Below are positions 43,843-54,574 of a stretch of 64,000 bases of DNA, piece after piece (position 1 is the stretch's first letter; each line of letters starts with the position of its first letter). The notes below the pieces were generated by a model. It saw only the letters and a program-made list of their open reading frames with translations, ran no database searches and had not been told where the DNA came from. The position numbers were made by a program, and so were the translations under genes. The stretch is from Naegleria gruberi (lineage: Eukaryota), in the NCBI GenBank assembly GCA_000004985.1, contig GG738877.1. One strand, written 5' to 3'.

Positions 43843-45629
43843 ATGGCGAACAGAAAGCTTATGGCTGAGGTCGATAGGACCGTAAAAAAAGTGAATGAAG
43901 GTATTGAAAACTTTGATGAATTGGAAGAAAAAGTATATAGTGCCCAAAGTTCTTCGCAAAGGGATAAATTTGAAGGAGAATTGAAAAAGGAAATTAAAAA
44001 ACTACAACGTCTGAGAGAAACAATACGTGGCTGGATATCTGGTAATGAAATTAAAGACAAGGAATTACTGGTGGAAAAGAGGCAACAGATTGAAACAAGA
44101 ATGGAAAGGTTCAAGAAATGCGAGCAGAAAACCAAGATGAAGGCCTATTCTAAAGAAGCCCTGAGTAAAAGTCAAGTCGAAAAACGAAGTAGGAACAAAC
44201 AAAATATTATTCCTGACTCGAAAGAGAAGAAGCAAGCTAAGAAATGGCTGAAGGATATGATAGAAACACTGACGAACGCTGTTGATTCAATTGAAGAAAA
44301 AATTGAAGAAGAAGAAGAAAAGGAAAAGAAGAAGGATGGAGATATGATTGAATCGCATCGATCACGTCAAAGAAAACATGAGGAATATATTGATAAGTTA
44401 AACCAAGTTTACGAGTTTTTGGATAATGATGAAGGTATTACACCTCAAGATTTGGAAGAACTTAAGGAATATGTAGAATACTATGTAGATGAAAATGAAG
44501 AAGCTGAATTTGTGGAAGATGATGATTCATTTGAAACAATATTCAAAAAACATAAGGAATGGGAAGAATCAGCACCAAAGGAGGAACTCGTGGATGTTGA
44601 TGAAGTCAAGGATAGTATTAAAAATTCTGATGAATATGATGATGAAGATTCTGATGAAGGGTTTGATGAAGACTTGGATTCGGATGATGATGATGGTTCA
44701 AGTAATGTTGACGATGATGAAGATTTAAGTTCTCCAATATCAACATCTTCAAAAGATGATGATAAGAAGAAGAAATCTCCTCCTAATACAACACCTGTTG
44801 TTAATGTGAATCCATCGATAACGAAACCTTCAGGAAGTAATCTCACAGTTACAGCTGTTGTATCAAAAGACAAGAAAATTACCAAACAAGCACCTCCAGC
44901 TATTTCTACCTCTCCTAACCAACCATCCACCACCCAACAACCAAGTGGTCAAGTTACTCCAAACACTACCACTCCAACAACAACTAAACCATCTTATAGT
45001 GATTTAGTTAAGTCTCCAAAAACTCCTCTTCAACCACAACAACCAACTCCAACCAATACTTCCACAACAGCAACAACAACAAAACAAGCTGCTACTACTA
45101 CTACAACAGCAACAACAGCATCAGGTTCTACGACTCCAACATCTACCACTATCAAAAAGCCTGCTGTTTCATATATTGATATTGCTCAACAAAATAAGAA
45201 TGCTCCACAAGGTCACAATTTAACAGTTTCTATTAGTGATTCAAATAAGCAACAAGTAACAACACCAACAGTTGCAGCTACAACACCAACAACAACAAGT
45301 AATAAGAATGCTAAACAACAAGCTACAACAACAACAACAGCAACAGCAACTACAACAGCTACAAAGCAGCAACCAACCACAAAGGGTCAACCTGCTCAAC
45401 CAACCAAAAAAGCTCAAACTAATGCCAACCAAAGTACCACCCCAACTAGNNNNNNNNNNNNNNNNNNNNNNNNNNNNNNNNNNNNNNNNNNNNNNNNNNC
45501 AAACCAACTCTCACAACTAATGATTATGAACAATGAACCTATGTTTACTTTGATTTTGAAACACTTTGGTGTCAAAGAATTAAGGATGGTTTCAGTTTTG
45601 AATATGCTTTCCTTGAAGATGAATTGTAA
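43843..45629 (+). CDS. CNOT3: CCR4-NOT complex subunit 3 (Not3/5 family); coding sequence interrupted by an assembly gap
   Basis: N-terminus MANRKLMAEVDRTVKKVNEGIENFDELEEKVYS...LKKEIKKLQRLRETIRGWISGNEIKDKELLVEKRQQIETRMERFKKCEQKTKMKAYSKEAL is near-identical in pattern to the CNOT3 N-terminal domain. After the N-run, a different frame encodes the NOT-box C-terminus [37 protein letters not shown] (human [39 protein letters not shown]), ending at TAA about 45627. Confidence 0.8.
45450..45499. other. Assembly gap (50 x N)
   Basis: Literal run of 50 n characters inside the CNOT3 gene. It is flanked upstream by a long ACA/GCA/CAA codon-repeat (Thr/Ala/Gln-rich) tract, which explains the assembly failure. 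Confidence 0.98.
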
Positions 45630-45721
45630 ATCCTGTGCAAACTCTTTCCCAACTCCTCATTCCCCCCTTAGTTACCTTTTTATTGACAAAACCTTTCTGA
45701 GATGAAAGGTTTTAAAATAAA

Positions 45722-46219
45722 TTGAAGTTTAAAAAAAAAATGAGTAAAACAAAGTCAATAGTTGATGGATGGATTTCATCAAGTGATGATGAAGCATCCA
45801 ATGAGAGACAAAAACAGTCATCTCAAGCAGTAATGAATAAGTTCTTTTCACAACAACAAGGAAGTGGAAAACAACAAAACAAAAGATTGGGAATTCAAGG
45901 CGATAAACTTTCCGAACAAAACCTAAAACAACAACAAAAAAACAAAATTGACAAAGTGAATAGTGATTTAAAATTCTTAATTTTAAAGAAACATGATGCT
46001 CGTAAAAGAATGAAAAGGAAAGGACAACTTATTTCTTATGGAGATGAATCTGATGAAGAAGTAAAACAAGAGGAACAAAAACCAACAACAGATTCTACAA
46101 CAGCAACAACAGAACAAAATTCTCTTAAAAGAAAAAAGGAGGAAAGTGATGACGAAGATGAAAGTAAAATTAAAGTATTAGCTAAAAAGAAAAAGAAGAA
46201 AAAGAAAAGTAACAAATAA
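45722..46219 (+). CDS. Small Lys-rich basic protein (nucleolar/NLS-like), unknown function
   Basis: 165-aa ORF. Q-rich N-terminus, KRKGQLISYGDESDEE, C-terminal KKKKKKKKSNK. Confidence 0.4.
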   Translation: MKFKKKMSKTKSIVDGWISSSDDEASNERQKQSSQAVMNKFFSQQQGSGKQQNKRLGIQGDKLSEQNLKQQQKNKIDKVNSDLKFLILKKHDARKRMKRKGQLISYGDESDEEVKQEEQKPTTDSTTATTEQNSLKRKKEESDDEDESKIKVLAKKKKKKKKSNK

Positions 46220-46220
46220 T

Positions 46221-47255
46221 TTAATTACTATCTGATAGATTCGCAGTTTCTTTGATAATTCTTTCAATAGTTTGTTTTCCAGCATCATCAACATTTTGTT
46301 CCAATTGTTTCAAAAATTCAAAACCTTGATTTTGTCTGTCAACTCTTCTGAATAGAGTTAATGCTAAACTTATGAAGGAATCAAATGATGGTAACCCTAT
46401 TTCTTCCAAATATGATTTATCAGTAAACCTAGCTCGCTTATAGGCTAATTTTAATCTATTCAATTGATTAAATGCTTCATTATAATGTCCACCATTCGTT
46501 AAAGCAATTGTGAAATAGTATAATTGTATCCAAAATGATGGTTTTAGTTGAAAATTCGAATTCTTTTGCAATTCCTCAATTTGTGAAAATGCATAATTTG
46601 CTAATCTAATTAGTGAGCTTTCCTTATTATCTACTTGTGCAGCAGTATTTGCTAAATTAAACCAATCTTGTACTGATTTTGAGTCTAAAGCAGCTTTCCT
46701 AAACCAAGGTAATGACTCTTTTAGTTCATTATTCTTGTAGTAACTTAATCCTATCAATCTGTATACTCTTCTTGATGGATTTGAATTTTCATTTTGAATA
46801 TCTTCGTCGTCACTAGATGGAATATAAGGAAGAACAGCAAATATAAATTGTCTTGCTTGGTCAAATTGTAAATTGTCAATTAATATATTAGCCAAATCCA
46901 AAGCTTGATTAGGTGTTAATTTATCCATTTCCAAATCATTGATTACTTGTTGATGATCAATGGAAAGGGATTTATCCATTTTCTCGTTCATATTAATTTC
47001 CTTGTCATTTGCTTCGTGTTCATCCGACGATCCATTCATAACTTTTTTCTTCTCACTTTCATTAATATTTAATTCCGAATCATTATGATTATTATTTTGT
47101 TGTTGATTTAATAAATTTGATGCCATTGTGATAGAATATTGGAGAGGCTTGGACATGAATAGGTGTTTCATGATGGAGTCAAGCCTTCTCTTCCTTGTTT
47201 CATCATTTTGCATTTTTATTAATAATTGAAAAAAACAACTCAACTTACCTAACAA
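46221..47255 (-). CDS. Hypothetical helical-repeat (TPR-like?) protein
   Basis: 344-aa ORF. Helical, with A..Y/F..A periodicity in the C-terminal two thirds. No firm family assignment. Confidence 0.35.
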   Translation of the reverse strand: MLGKLSCFFQLLIKMQNDETRKRRLDSIMKHLFMSKPLQYSITMASNLLNQQQNNNHNDSELNINESEKKKVMNGSSDEHEANDKEINMNEKMDKSLSIDHQQVINDLEMDKLTPNQALDLANILIDNLQFDQARQFIFAVLPYIPSSDDEDIQNENSNPSRRVYRLIGLSYYKNNELKESLPWFRKAALDSKSVQDWFNLANTAAQVDNKESSLIRLANYAFSQIEELQKNSNFQLKPSFWIQLYYFTIALTNGGHYNEAFNQLNRLKLAYKRARFTDKSYLEEIGLPSFDSFISLALTLFRRVDRQNQGFEFLKQLEQNVDDAGKQTIERIIKETANLSDSN

Positions 47256-47260
47256 CTTTC

Positions 47261-48904
47261 ATGAAGAAGAATATTATTGAGAATATTGATGAAAAGGTTT
47301 TAAAAGAGGTTGAAAAGAGGAAACATTGTAAAAATCCTTTTGAGGATAGGTTTTTGAATCTTACACTTTCTTCCTTCGTAATGAATGAAACTACTAGCCT
47401 TGATGATGACGAATTAGTTGAAATTGAAAGCTCCATCATGAATGCATCAGTAAATGTTTCAATCAGATCAGAGCTGATTAAGGAGATGATTAAACAGACA
47501 GTCAAAAGTGTTGATCATATTGTTGCAAGAAAAACATTATCAAATTCATCGAAGGCTGAAAAGAAGGATGAAGGATTAGGTGACGAATTGTTATCAGCAA
47601 ACTTCGAATTCATTTTCAATGAAGAAAGATACAAGGCTTTTAAAGAAAATGATCAAGAGAAGATTGAAAAGTATTTGTCTTTAACTTCAGAAATTGAACA
47701 CATCTCAACTAATCAAAAGTTGGAAGAGTTGCCGATTCCTCAATCATCTAATAATCACAATTATTATGTTTTAAATTATCATCAATCTGATTTCTTCAAA
47801 ACATCTCACCAGACTGGAAATGAGGTATTGGATCATCATACGTTAATTGAAATATTCCAAGGATTTGAATCAGTGCTGGAAATGGAAGAAGAGAAAGTTG
47901 AAGAATTATTTGCTTTGGAGGGCATTAATATATATGATGAAATTGAAATGCATTATGATGATCCAATGATAATTGACAACCAAGAGGAATCAACTGCTGT
48001 TGAGGAAAACACAATCGAGATTGGTGGGATTGATATGGTTGTTGAGGAAAATGAGGAAGAGTATGAACAGAATGAAGATGTTGGAGAAATAGAATGTGAA
48101 AATAAGGAACCTGAACATGTAACTGAGGCTCCTAAGCCAAAGGAAAAAGCTGAGTTGAAATACTATAGAATTATTGACATGGATACCACTATTGAAAGAA
48201 AAAAGAGCTCAAAACAAAACACCTTAAGAACGAAGCAACGAGTTGAAGACAACTTGATAGAAGTAAAACCAAGATCAGATAATGTTGATAATGGATTTTT
48301 TAAAAAACCAAGTGAAGCTTTTAATCAACCATTTCTAGATCCAGATTTTACTGGTTCCTTATTATTTCCTAACATTGACATTATCCAACTGTCAAGTATT
48401 TTATCACGATCAATTGAGGGAGAACTGCCTGAAAGAGCAATGTATGAACTAGGAGGTTATCATGATTGTGAATATGGTGGGATTGATGATTATCTTTTCG
48501 GAAATGAAATTAGTTTATTGGAAGATCAGCAAGATAATAATACAGAGCTGGGTGGTGTTGAAATGCAAGAAGAAACAGTTGAAGTGACAGTTCCAAGAAC
48601 AAAGACCATTATTGACAATCTCATTGAGAATGCTGAAAAGAAAAAAATTGTACCAATTGTAAAGATATCCTCAATTATCAATGATAATCTCTCCAATAAT
48701 CAAACAACAACCTTAACAGAGCAGTATCAATATAGTCATCTTGGCAATCAGAATGTATCCAAGGCAAGGTTCTTGATGGCCCTTCTCCATTCAGTCCATC
48801 AAACAAATATCAAAGGAAATGCTCAGATTACTCTGTCAAACGTTGGAGAAGATAAGAAAGAGGTAAAAATCGTTACAAGAAATATTCCCGCCAAAACTCA
48901 ATAA
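47261..48904 (+). CDS. Hypothetical acidic protein (weak kleisin/Rad21-Rec8-like impression at the termini)
   Basis: First in-frame ATG at 47261 (MKKNIIENIDEK...); the listed ORF start at 47195 is a TTG. Long acidic middle. The C-terminal KARFLMALLHSVHQTNIKGNAQITL weakly resembles a kleisin C-terminal winged helix. Unconfirmed. Confidence 0.35.
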   Translation: MKKNIIENIDEKVLKEVEKRKHCKNPFEDRFLNLTLSSFVMNETTSLDDDELVEIESSIMNASVNVSIRSELIKEMIKQTVKSVDHIVARKTLSNSSKAEKKDEGLGDELLSANFEFIFNEERYKAFKENDQEKIEKYLSLTSEIEHISTNQKLEELPIPQSSNNHNYYVLNYHQSDFFKTSHQTGNEVLDHHTLIEIFQGFESVLEMEEEKVEELFALEGINIYDEIEMHYDDPMIIDNQEESTAVEENTIEIGGIDMVVEENEEEYEQNEDVGEIECENKEPEHVTEAPKPKEKAELKYYRIIDMDTTIERKKSSKQNTLRTKQRVEDNLIEVKPRSDNVDNGFFKKPSEAFNQPFLDPDFTGSLLFPNIDIIQLSSILSRSIEGELPERAMYELGGYHDCEYGGIDDYLFGNEISLLEDQQDNNTELGGVEMQEETVEVTVPRTKTIIDNLIENAEKKKIVPIVKISSIINDNLSNNQTTTLTEQYQYSHLGNQNVSKARFLMALLHSVHQTNIKGNAQITLSNVGEDKKEVKIVTRNIPAKTQ

Positions 48905-48937
48905 AACGCACCGTTTCAAAAATTCAAAATAAAAAAA

Positions 48938-49984
48938 ATGGAACTTCTTGATGCTACCATTCTGACGCCAACCAAGCCACGCTTTGAATATCATACACCA
49001 TCCAAGACAGTAAGAGTAGGATCGGATGAAAATATTGGATCTACCTGTAAAGTTAGATTTAAAACACCAACAGGAAAATCAACAACACCTCTCCAACCAC
49101 TTGACCCAAATACTCTTTCCACTACTTTTGCTTCACCGATACCAGTTAAAAGTAGGCTTACAAAGAGAAGAAATATAAAAAACAAACTCAATTCACCAAC
49201 ATCTTCATCAACAACTGCCACCACAACAAATGAAAAAGATCCTTCTCCTTGTACACCAAGCCAAAAACGTTTTGCTTCACCAAAATCACCTGTAAATGAT
49301 AGTATATTTGATACAACTAAGACTCCTAAGAGATTCAGTGTACTTAAAACTCCAGTCAATAAGAAATCCCTCTCTAAATTATTTTCACCAATTTTCTCTC
49401 CTTTGAATAAGGTTAAAATCTCAAAGAAGGAAACAACAAAACATACCAAGCCAAAGATTAGATATGGAATTACCGAGCAAGAATTAGTCAAACATTACAC
49501 TGTATCAGAATTAAGAGATTACTGTTACTCCCACTCTGATAAGAAATTTTCACAACTCACAAAACAACAATTAGTGACAAAAGTTTTGGATATTTTACAA
49601 CCTGTCATTGATGTTGTGTTGACAAGCCCATTGGCAGCTGCTGTTAAGAGTAAGAGATTATCGAACACCTCAGAAATGCTTTCTTCACGTGAACACATGT
49701 TATCAGAACTTATTGAAACTAAGGAAAACAAGGAAGAAAGTGATGATGAGTTTATTGAGGAACCAATTCAAAAACGATCCACAATTTCGAAACCATCTTC
49801 CAATCCTGTAACTTCGTGGAGTGTTGATACAGATAATGTTTACTCTCTTTTCTATAATCTTAAATTGACAAATCTATCGAGTATGAAATCATATTGTGAG
49901 GATAATGATATTAATCCATATGGAGGTAGAGAGGTGTTAAAACGTAGAATTATTGCATATTTGTCTAATAAAATTAGAGGTTAG
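48938..49984 (+). CDS. SAP-motif nuclear protein rich in S/T-P (CDK-type) sites
   Basis: C-terminal [30 protein letters not shown] fits the SAP motif. A second SAP-like helix is [39 protein letters not shown]. The N-terminal half has many TP/SP sites and basic patches. Confidence 0.5.
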   Translation: MELLDATILTPTKPRFEYHTPSKTVRVGSDENIGSTCKVRFKTPTGKSTTPLQPLDPNTLSTTFASPIPVKSRLTKRRNIKNKLNSPTSSSTTATTTNEKDPSPCTPSQKRFASPKSPVNDSIFDTTKTPKRFSVLKTPVNKKSLSKLFSPIFSPLNKVKISKKETTKHTKPKIRYGITEQELVKHYTVSELRDYCYSHSDKKFSQLTKQQLVTKVLDILQPVIDVVLTSPLAAAVKSKRLSNTSEMLSSREHMLSELIETKENKEESDDEFIEEPIQKRSTISKPSSNPVTSWSVDTDNVYSLFYNLKLTNLSSMKSYCEDNDINPYGGREVLKRRIIAYLSNKIRG

Positions 49985-50357
49985 CCAATTTCTTCAATTT
50001 TTCTAATTCTTCCTTCTTCTTTTCCAAATCCAATTTTTTCTGTAATCTATCTGCCTGGTGATAATAGGCACTAATGTATCTTCCTCCTACGTTAAATCCA
50101 GACAGACCTTCACAGGCATCTCTGGCATCGAAAATATCCTCATACACAACATAGGCTGTTCCTTTTGTTTTTGTAGTATTTCCGAGTCTAATTTGTCTGA
50201 TCGCACCAAACTTTCCCAAAAGATCATACATTTCATCCGATGTTATTTTGTGAGGAAGGTTCTTTAGGCAAAGAATACGATTTACTTTTGGTGGAAGTCG
50301 TTTCAAGGCTTGTTGCCTGCTAGTAGCTGATGGCGTGCCAAGAGGTGTTGATGACAT
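49974..50357 (-). CDS. SF3B6: Splicing factor 3B subunit 6 (SF3b 14 kDa / p14), RRM-like
   Basis: [73 protein letters not shown] aligns almost residue-for-residue with human SF3B6 ([74 protein letters not shown]). Confidence 0.9.
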   Translation of the reverse strand: MSSTPLGTPSATSRQQALKRLPPKVNRILCLKNLPHKITSDEMYDLLGKFGAIRQIRLGNTTKTKGTAYVVYEDIFDARDACEGLSGFNVGGRYISAYYHQADRLQKKLDLEKKKEELEKLKKLANL

Positions 50358-50638
50358 TTTTTAAATTTAAAAAAAACAAAATAATTGAAATGATGGAAAT
50401 CAGCAACACTCCCTCTTCAACATTTACAACTTTCGATCAAAACAAGGCTTGTTTGAAAACTCATGAAGAAGCAACTCACTCAAATCATGGTTGTTTAAAC
50501 AAGAAACATAAATTTGTATGTTTTTCTCAATTATGAAACTATTAACTCAATCAGAATCCACCCCTAATTTCAAATCATCATTCCAATGAGTATGAAACTG
50601 AATTAGATTATACAACTGAACAAGTCAATAGGAGAGAT

Positions 50639-50884
50639 GTGGAAATTGAAAGGTTGAAAAAGTCTATTGAAACATTAAACAAGGCTTGTTTTGATGAGGA
50701 TGAAGAAGATGAATTGGATGACTTAATAGACAAATGGAGAGTAGCATGTCAGGAAATGATTTACACACTTGTTGATAAACTACAACCAACATCAGAGAGA
50801 ATGAGTTTGGGCAATTTACTCAATCATCTCGGAATTGATTATGATATTATTCATTACGATAAAGAAGAGGAGTCTTTCTACTGA
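50639..50884 (+). CDS. Small coiled-coil protein, possible Swi5/Sae3-family recombination mediator
   Basis: 81-aa ORF. N-terminal heptad region (MEIERLKKSIETLNKA). The C-terminus (DDLIDKWRVACQEMIYTLVDKL...SLGNLLNHLGIDYD) resembles the S. pombe Swi5 C-terminus (IDLLHTYNEIRDIALGMIGKVA...ELFDRFGVN). Similarity judged by eye only. Confidence 0.35.
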   Translation: MEIERLKKSIETLNKACFDEDEEDELDDLIDKWRVACQEMIYTLVDKLQPTSERMSLGNLLNHLGIDYDIIHYDKEEESFY

Positions 50885-50957
50885 TTATTGATATGATGAT
50901 AATGGACCCATCATCGTGCAATAACAAACAAATAAAAAATTCCTTTATCACAACAGG

Positions 50958-52539
50958 ATGTTGGAGGAGAGCCACACCATTAGTAACCCTAACGAAATTG
51001 ATGAGACAGTAACTGTTTCATCATCGTCCTCTTTGCCATCATCTCACACTAATTCACAACCTTCAACACCAACTATTGAAGATGTTAAAGAGGATTCCGA
51101 TAAGAAAACTCTCTTGGAAATACAAGATTCATCACCACTAGTAGAAGTAAACCAACAATCATCAACACCAACAACATTCACAGCATCACCAGTAAAAGAA
51201 AATATCAATTCACCAAATTCACCATCATCATCTATAATTAATTTGGAAGATAAAGAAGTGATTGTTGATGCAGAAAGCAACAAACATAGAAAAGCAACAA
51301 TAGCAATAGAGGAAGAAGAGGATGAGGATTCTAATGTACCAAATGAAAAGTGGGCAGGTATGGAAAATTGTGGATTTCCTGCCTGTTTTGATTTCGAAAA
51401 AGAGGAAAAGGCATTATTTGATAAATACATGTCAAGTCCTTTGAGAAAAAAGTACATGACAGATTGTAAAGAAGCTTGGCTTGAATATTTCATGACTACT
51501 AATAATGGATGTATGTAAATGTGGAATAATTTTATTGTAAATATAATAGTTTATAATAAGGTTGTGTATAATAGTACTGTAAAATCATTAATAAGAAAAC
51601 ATGGAATATTTCCAGCTTACAGAAAAAAGCTTTGGTTAGAAATTAATAATGTGGATAAGAAAATGATTGAAAATCAAGGATATTATCAAAAAATGTTACA
51701 AGTTCATCAAGATGTATTTAATGAAGCTGAACATCAAATTGATTTGGATCTTTCACGTACATTTCCATCACATCCATTCTTTGCAAAAAAGAATTCAAAA
51801 GGAAGACAACAATTGAAGAGAATTCTCATTGCATTTTCTTGGAGAAATCCATATGTGGCCTATGCTCAAAGTTTAAATTACATTGTTGCAATGCTTTTAT
51901 TACATTGTGATGAAGAAACAGCCTTTTGGTTGTTTGTAGAGTTGGTTGAGGAAATTTTACCTAGAAATTATTATAATCCACAATTGACAGGAATTAGAAT
52001 TGATTCTAAAGTATTGGACGAATTAATAAGGAATAGACTTCCAAAAATTCATTCACATTTTCAAAATTTAGAATTAGATTGTACAGCATTTTGCTCTGGA
52101 TGGTTTATGAGAGTTTTCCTTGATATTTTCCCAGTTGGTAAGTCAATTTAATTGTCATTTGTTTTTTAAAATACTATTTGAATAATATTATTGAATATTA
52201 TTGTACAATTGAATATTAAATACTATAGAATGCAGTTTGAGGATTTTAGATTTGGTTTTTGCTGAGGGAAGTAAAATTCTTTTCAGAACTGTATTGAGCT
52301 ATCTGAAAATATATGAAAATCAAATATTAGCAATGAAATCTATGGGTGATATACTTCATTTCATTAATCAAGAACCTCAAAAGTTTTATGATCATCCAAG
52401 ATTAACAAAATCAATGTTTAACTTTTATTTATTAACACGTAAAGAAGTTGATTCACTTCGGACAAAATACAAGACAATAGTAGAGAAGGAAGATGAAATA
52501 TTGGAACAAAGAAGAAAGATTATTAAACAAAAAAAGTAA
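50958..52539 (+). CDS. TBC-domain Rab GTPase-activating protein (3 exons)
   Basis: Arg-finger IDLDLSRTFPSHPFF (IxxDxxR) and Gln-finger YAQSLNYIVAMLLL (YxQ) motifs; RILDLVFAEGSKILFRTVLSYLK. Introns at about 51511..51549 or 51515..51574 (GTATGT/GTAAAT...AG) and about 52138..52228 (GTAAGT...TATAG). N-terminal ~180 aa is S/T-rich and acidic. Confidence 0.75.
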
Positions 52540-52686
52540 ACAATGTATAGTATATGATTTTTGTGATCCTCTCTCTATCTCAACCTCATATCTGAGTTCA
52601 TCTATCACTTATTTGTCTTTGGCTATCATATTGTTCGTTATGATATTTTCCCGCCATCTGGCTTTACACTTTTTATTTTAAAAAAA

Positions 52687-54569
52687 ATGAAAAACTTTAA
52701 AAAGCAATATATTGCTGGCTGTAGAGATCAAGGCATTGAGCCTCTATCGATGGTCGTTAATCTTAACGATGATGATGAATGCGTTCAGATTTTAAATTTA
52801 GGAGAACTAACACTCGGAACAAAGAATGGTATTGCTATCGGTCAAGCTTTACATTCAAATCAAACTTTTACTCATATTAATCTAGCTGAAAGTTATATGG
52901 GAGATTCGGGTGTTGATGCCGTATGTCAAGGGTTGATGCAATCAAAGGTTATTGAATCCCTCGATTTTAGAGGAGCCAATTTATATAGGTCCAATGGGTT
53001 GGCACAACTACTTGCCAAAACATTCACTTTGAGAGAACTCAAATGTGAATGGAACAGTTTGGGAGTCTATGAAACTGGTATTTCTGAAATATCTGAGGCT
53101 CTTAAGTCTAACAAGTCCCTTATGACACTGGATTTGAGGAATAACAAAATTACACCTGAAGGAGCAAACTCTCTTTCTAATGCTTTGAGAGCAAATAGTG
53201 TTTTGCAAAATTTGGATTTGAGATGGAACTATTTGGGAGTTAGAGGTGGTAAATATATCATGGAAGCATTACATGACAATTACACAATTATTGATTTGAA
53301 GTTGGCAGGTAATGAGATCGATTACAAAACTTTACAAGAAATTGATAGAATGATTAGAAGAAATTACGATGTGATGGTAACCAAACAAAAAGAATCAGAA
53401 ATGTCAACAAAATTGAAAACTGAAATAAGTGAACTGAGTTCAATGCAAAACGTAAGTATCAAAACAGAAATTATGTAATCAAATTGGAATAGAAACGAAT
53501 TGAAACTCTTCAACACCAAGTGGTATCCCAACAAAGTGTCTATTCCAATCAAATCAAAAGTGCCCATGAACAACTATTAGATCTCGAAAAACACAACACT
53601 AGATTGATCTCTGATTTGACAGAAACTAAGAATAATGAAAATAGATATTATTCAAAGCTGAAAGACGTTGAGGAAAAATTGGCAATTGTTGAACAAAATC
53701 TGTTGAATGAAACAAAGGCTCATAATGAAGCAAGAAAGCAATTGAAAGATTCATCTGATGAAGTGTTAAGACTCAGAGAACTCTCAGACGATCTTCAAAG
53801 AGAAAAAATCAGAAATGAAGCAACCATCAAAAAATTGAATGAACAATTAACAACTAAGGAAGAAATGTTGGCTAATACCAACCATAAATTGTACAGTGCC
53901 CAAAATGATAAAAGTGACCTCAATGCTCAATTGAATGATGCTCACAGACAATTAGAAGTTTTACAAGGAAGTGTTCGTTCACTAACACTGATCGAACAAG
54001 AATATAGTAAGATGAGACAACGTATTTCTGAGATGGAGGTGGAAAAAGAGAGAGCATTAATTGACTTGAAGGCAAAGTGTGATGAAGATAAAATTCACGC
54101 TGACAAGATGACTAATGAAAAGTTACAACACGAAAGAGACAAATATATTCAATTAGGAGAAGAGCATGAAAGATTGAAAAATAAGAATAAGCAAATGGAA
54201 TCAAATTTATTGAAACTTAACGAGAAAGTTCAACAATTAGATAGACAACTAATTGACCTAGGAAATGAATCAGACCAAAAGAGTATTCTTATTAATCAAC
54301 TCCAATTAAAGCTTAGAGAAGCAGATGAAAATGCTCTTAAGGCAGTAGAAAAGATGAACACACAGGCCCTTAATCACAAGAAAGAACTTGATGGTTACGT
54401 TTTCAAGCTTGACTCGAAAGAAACTCAGGTTAACCAACTAGAGAAAGAGGTACGACAACTTCAAATGGAATCAGTAAAACTTAAGGAACAACAAGATAAG
54501 AATCTGTATACAATTGAATCTAGGATAACACAAGAGCTTAAATCTATCATAAATGAATTAAAACGATAA
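52687..54569 (+). CDS. LRRC45-like protein: N-terminal RNI-type leucine-rich repeats fused to a long C-terminal coiled coil (2 exons)
   Basis: LRR exon 52687 to about 53451 (LDLRNNKITPEGANSLSNALRANSVLQNLDLRWNYLGVRGGKYIMEAL). A 41-nt GTAAGT...AATAG intron at about 53452..53492 joins in frame (…SSMQN|KRIETLQHQVVSQQ…) to the coiled-coil exon ending 54569. The listed ORF 53520 begins at a GTG. Confidence 0.6.
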
Positions 54570-54574
54570 ATTCT

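Noticed and set aside
44481-44933. Antisense 150-aa Ser-rich ORF within CNOT3
   Set aside because: Antisense to the acidic/Asp-rich linker of CNOT3; low complexity.
45450-45499. Run of 50 N, with the poly-X and poly-Cys translations in ORFs 45241..45507 and 45272..45520
   Set aside because: Assembly gap placeholder. The poly-Cys/Gln ORFs are frame artefacts of the ACA/GCA/CAA codon repeats of CNOT3 read in other frames or on the antisense strand.
53520-53522. ORF track 'M' start at 53520 (and several other listed starts such as 33330, 47195 and 52237)
   Set aside because: These are GTG/TTG codons reported as M by the ORF caller. They are not used as eukaryotic initiators. The real coding continuity is via upstream exons and introns.
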